DNA of 33,881 nt, from the NCBI RefSeq assembly GCF_001194135.2, contig NC_068988.1, positions 21,346,110-21,379,990 on the forward strand. Reading direction: 5' to 3'. Shown here piece after piece: positions 32,924 to 33,881 of the stretch. This DNA comes from Octopus bimaculoides. Lineage: Eukaryota. The notes beneath the pieces are model-generated. The model worked only from the letters and a program-made list of their open reading frames with translations. It made no database searches and was not told where the DNA came from. The position numbers were made by a program, and so were the translations under genes. How positions within the stretch are numbered: position 1 is the first letter of the stretch; every line of letters starts with the position of its first letter.

Positions 32924-33241
32924 GCAAGCGTGGATGTGAGACGGCGAGCTGGCAGAAACGTTAGCACGTTGGGCGAAATGCTTAGTGGTATTTCGTCTGC
33001 CGTTACGTTCTGAGTTCAAATTCCGTCGAGGTCGACTTTGCCTTTCATCCTTTCGGAGTCGATAAATTAAATACGAGTTAGCGCTCTGGGGTCGATGTAA
33101 TCGACTTAATCCGTTTGTCTGTCCTTGTTTGTCCCCTCTATGTTTAGTCCCTTGTGGGCAATAAAGAAATAAGAAGCTTAATTCCCAACTAAGTGAACTT
33201 GGGTTCAGTCCCATTGCGCTGCAGCTTGGGCAAGCATTTTC
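32924..33241 (+). mobile_element. CORE-like SINE head split by a nested SINE
   Basis: GCAAGCGTGGATGTG [insert] AAGAAGCTTAATTCCCAAC...GGGTTCAGTCCC...CTTGGGCAAG. Confidence 0.8.
32939..33173 (+). mobile_element. Meta-like SINE, full length, tail C, nested
   Basis: GACGGCGAGCTGGCAGAAACGTTAGCAC...GTCCCTTGTGGGCAATAAAGAAATAA. Confidence 0.93.
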
Positions 33242-33251
33242 NNNNNNNNNN

Positions 33252-33320
33252 GCTGAACACTGGGGTCAATGTAATCAACTTCCTCCCCCAGAATGGCTGG
33301 CCTTGTGCCAAATTTGAAAC
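33252..33320 (+). mobile_element. Meta-like SINE 3' part, tail B
   Basis: CTGGGGTCAATGTAATCAACT...GGCCTTGTGCCAAATTTGAAACC. Confidence 0.85.
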
Positions 33321-33721
33321 CAGTATATATATATATATATATATATATGGTGTGCGTGTGTGTGTGTGTGTGTGTGTGCTCTATGCATGTATATGCGTGT
33401 AAAAACATAAGAGCCGGAAATTATCTAGATGTGCCATCTGCCAAAAACAACAAAGAACAAAAAACAACAAACAAAAAAGAATACAAAATGAGCGGACAGA
33501 ACAAAGTAGAAAGATGTCTATAGATTCTTAGCTCTGATAACCCCCATGTTGTTGTTGTTGTTGTTATTGGTGTAGTTCTTGTTTCTTTTCTTGAACAGTT
33601 CGGTAGTTCCTGTCCAGTTACGGTAAGATTGTTATGTAGCAATCACCATCTTAACACACTGATGGAAAATAAATACATTAGTCTACTTGTAAAAAAAGAT
33701 GGCATATCTATTTTGGCACAG

Positions 33722-33736
33722 AGCGCCACCTATGAA
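33722..33736 (-). promoter_or_regulatory. CTCF-like motif
   Basis: Minus strand TTCATAGGTGGCGCT: 11-nt core TAGGTGGCGCT perfect, 5' flank poor. Confidence 0.25.
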
Positions 33737-33769
33737 GTGGTTTAAAAACAACAACAACAGCTATTCGCT

Positions 33770-33795
33770 ATGTGTATATATGTGTGCATGTGTGC

Positions 33796-33881
<86 letters not shown>
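33770..33881. repeat. (TA)n-(TG)n
   Basis: Visible. Confidence 0.97.

Larger units (their letters stand above)
1117..33251. other. 13 assembly gaps
   Basis: 1117-1778, 5355-6067, 6922-7620, 9611-10280, 12019-12795, 14819-15473, 23415-24011, 26816-27098, 28180-28973, 29554-29563, 30128-30986, 32093-32908, 33242-33251; most abut microsatellites or SINEs. Confidence 1.

Noticed and set aside
179-33642. Long ORFs in the supplied track (YIYI, THTH, CVCV, poly-L/S/H/N/Q and X-filled)
   Set aside because: They are translated microsatellites or runs through N gaps.
1-33881. CRISPR array, rRNA, prokaryotic operon or telomeric array
   Set aside because: No regularly spaced direct repeats with unique spacers, no rRNA motifs, no (TTAGGG)n; the DNA is clearly eukaryotic and repeat-rich.

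Overview
AT-rich, repeat-saturated animal DNA. It is most likely intronic or intergenic sequence of an Octopus-like coleoid cephalopod (inferred from the SINE families and extreme microsatellite density). Thirteen N gaps cover about 7.5 kb (22%). No complete or recognisable host gene is present: most of the ORF track is translated microsatellite or gap. Real coding homology is limited to decayed transposons: R4/Dong-type LINE pieces (1-290, 17582-17761, ~19640-21290), Tx1/L1-type pieces (8305-8507, 16402-17575, 21541-21900), an RTE/BovB-type piece (24012-24860) and a hAT transposase C-terminus (20250-20564). More than 20 tRNA-derived SINE copies of four kinds (CORE-like, Meta-like, V-like and a CAA-tailed family) and two MITEs fill most of the rest. 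The strongest observations are: (1) one SINE body carrying three alternative 3' tails, one resembling the 3' UTR of the local Tx1-type LINE; (2) three different elements stacked at one 12-13 bp target, with readable target duplications; (3) a hAT element inside the inverted repeat of a mariner-type MITE inside an R4 LINE that also holds a copy of its own 3' end; (4) a degenerate Penelope-type minimal hammerhead motif. Two possible minus-strand exons and a convergent CTCF-like motif pair are weak host-function candidates. All family names come from by-eye comparison with remembered consensus motifs, not from database searches.
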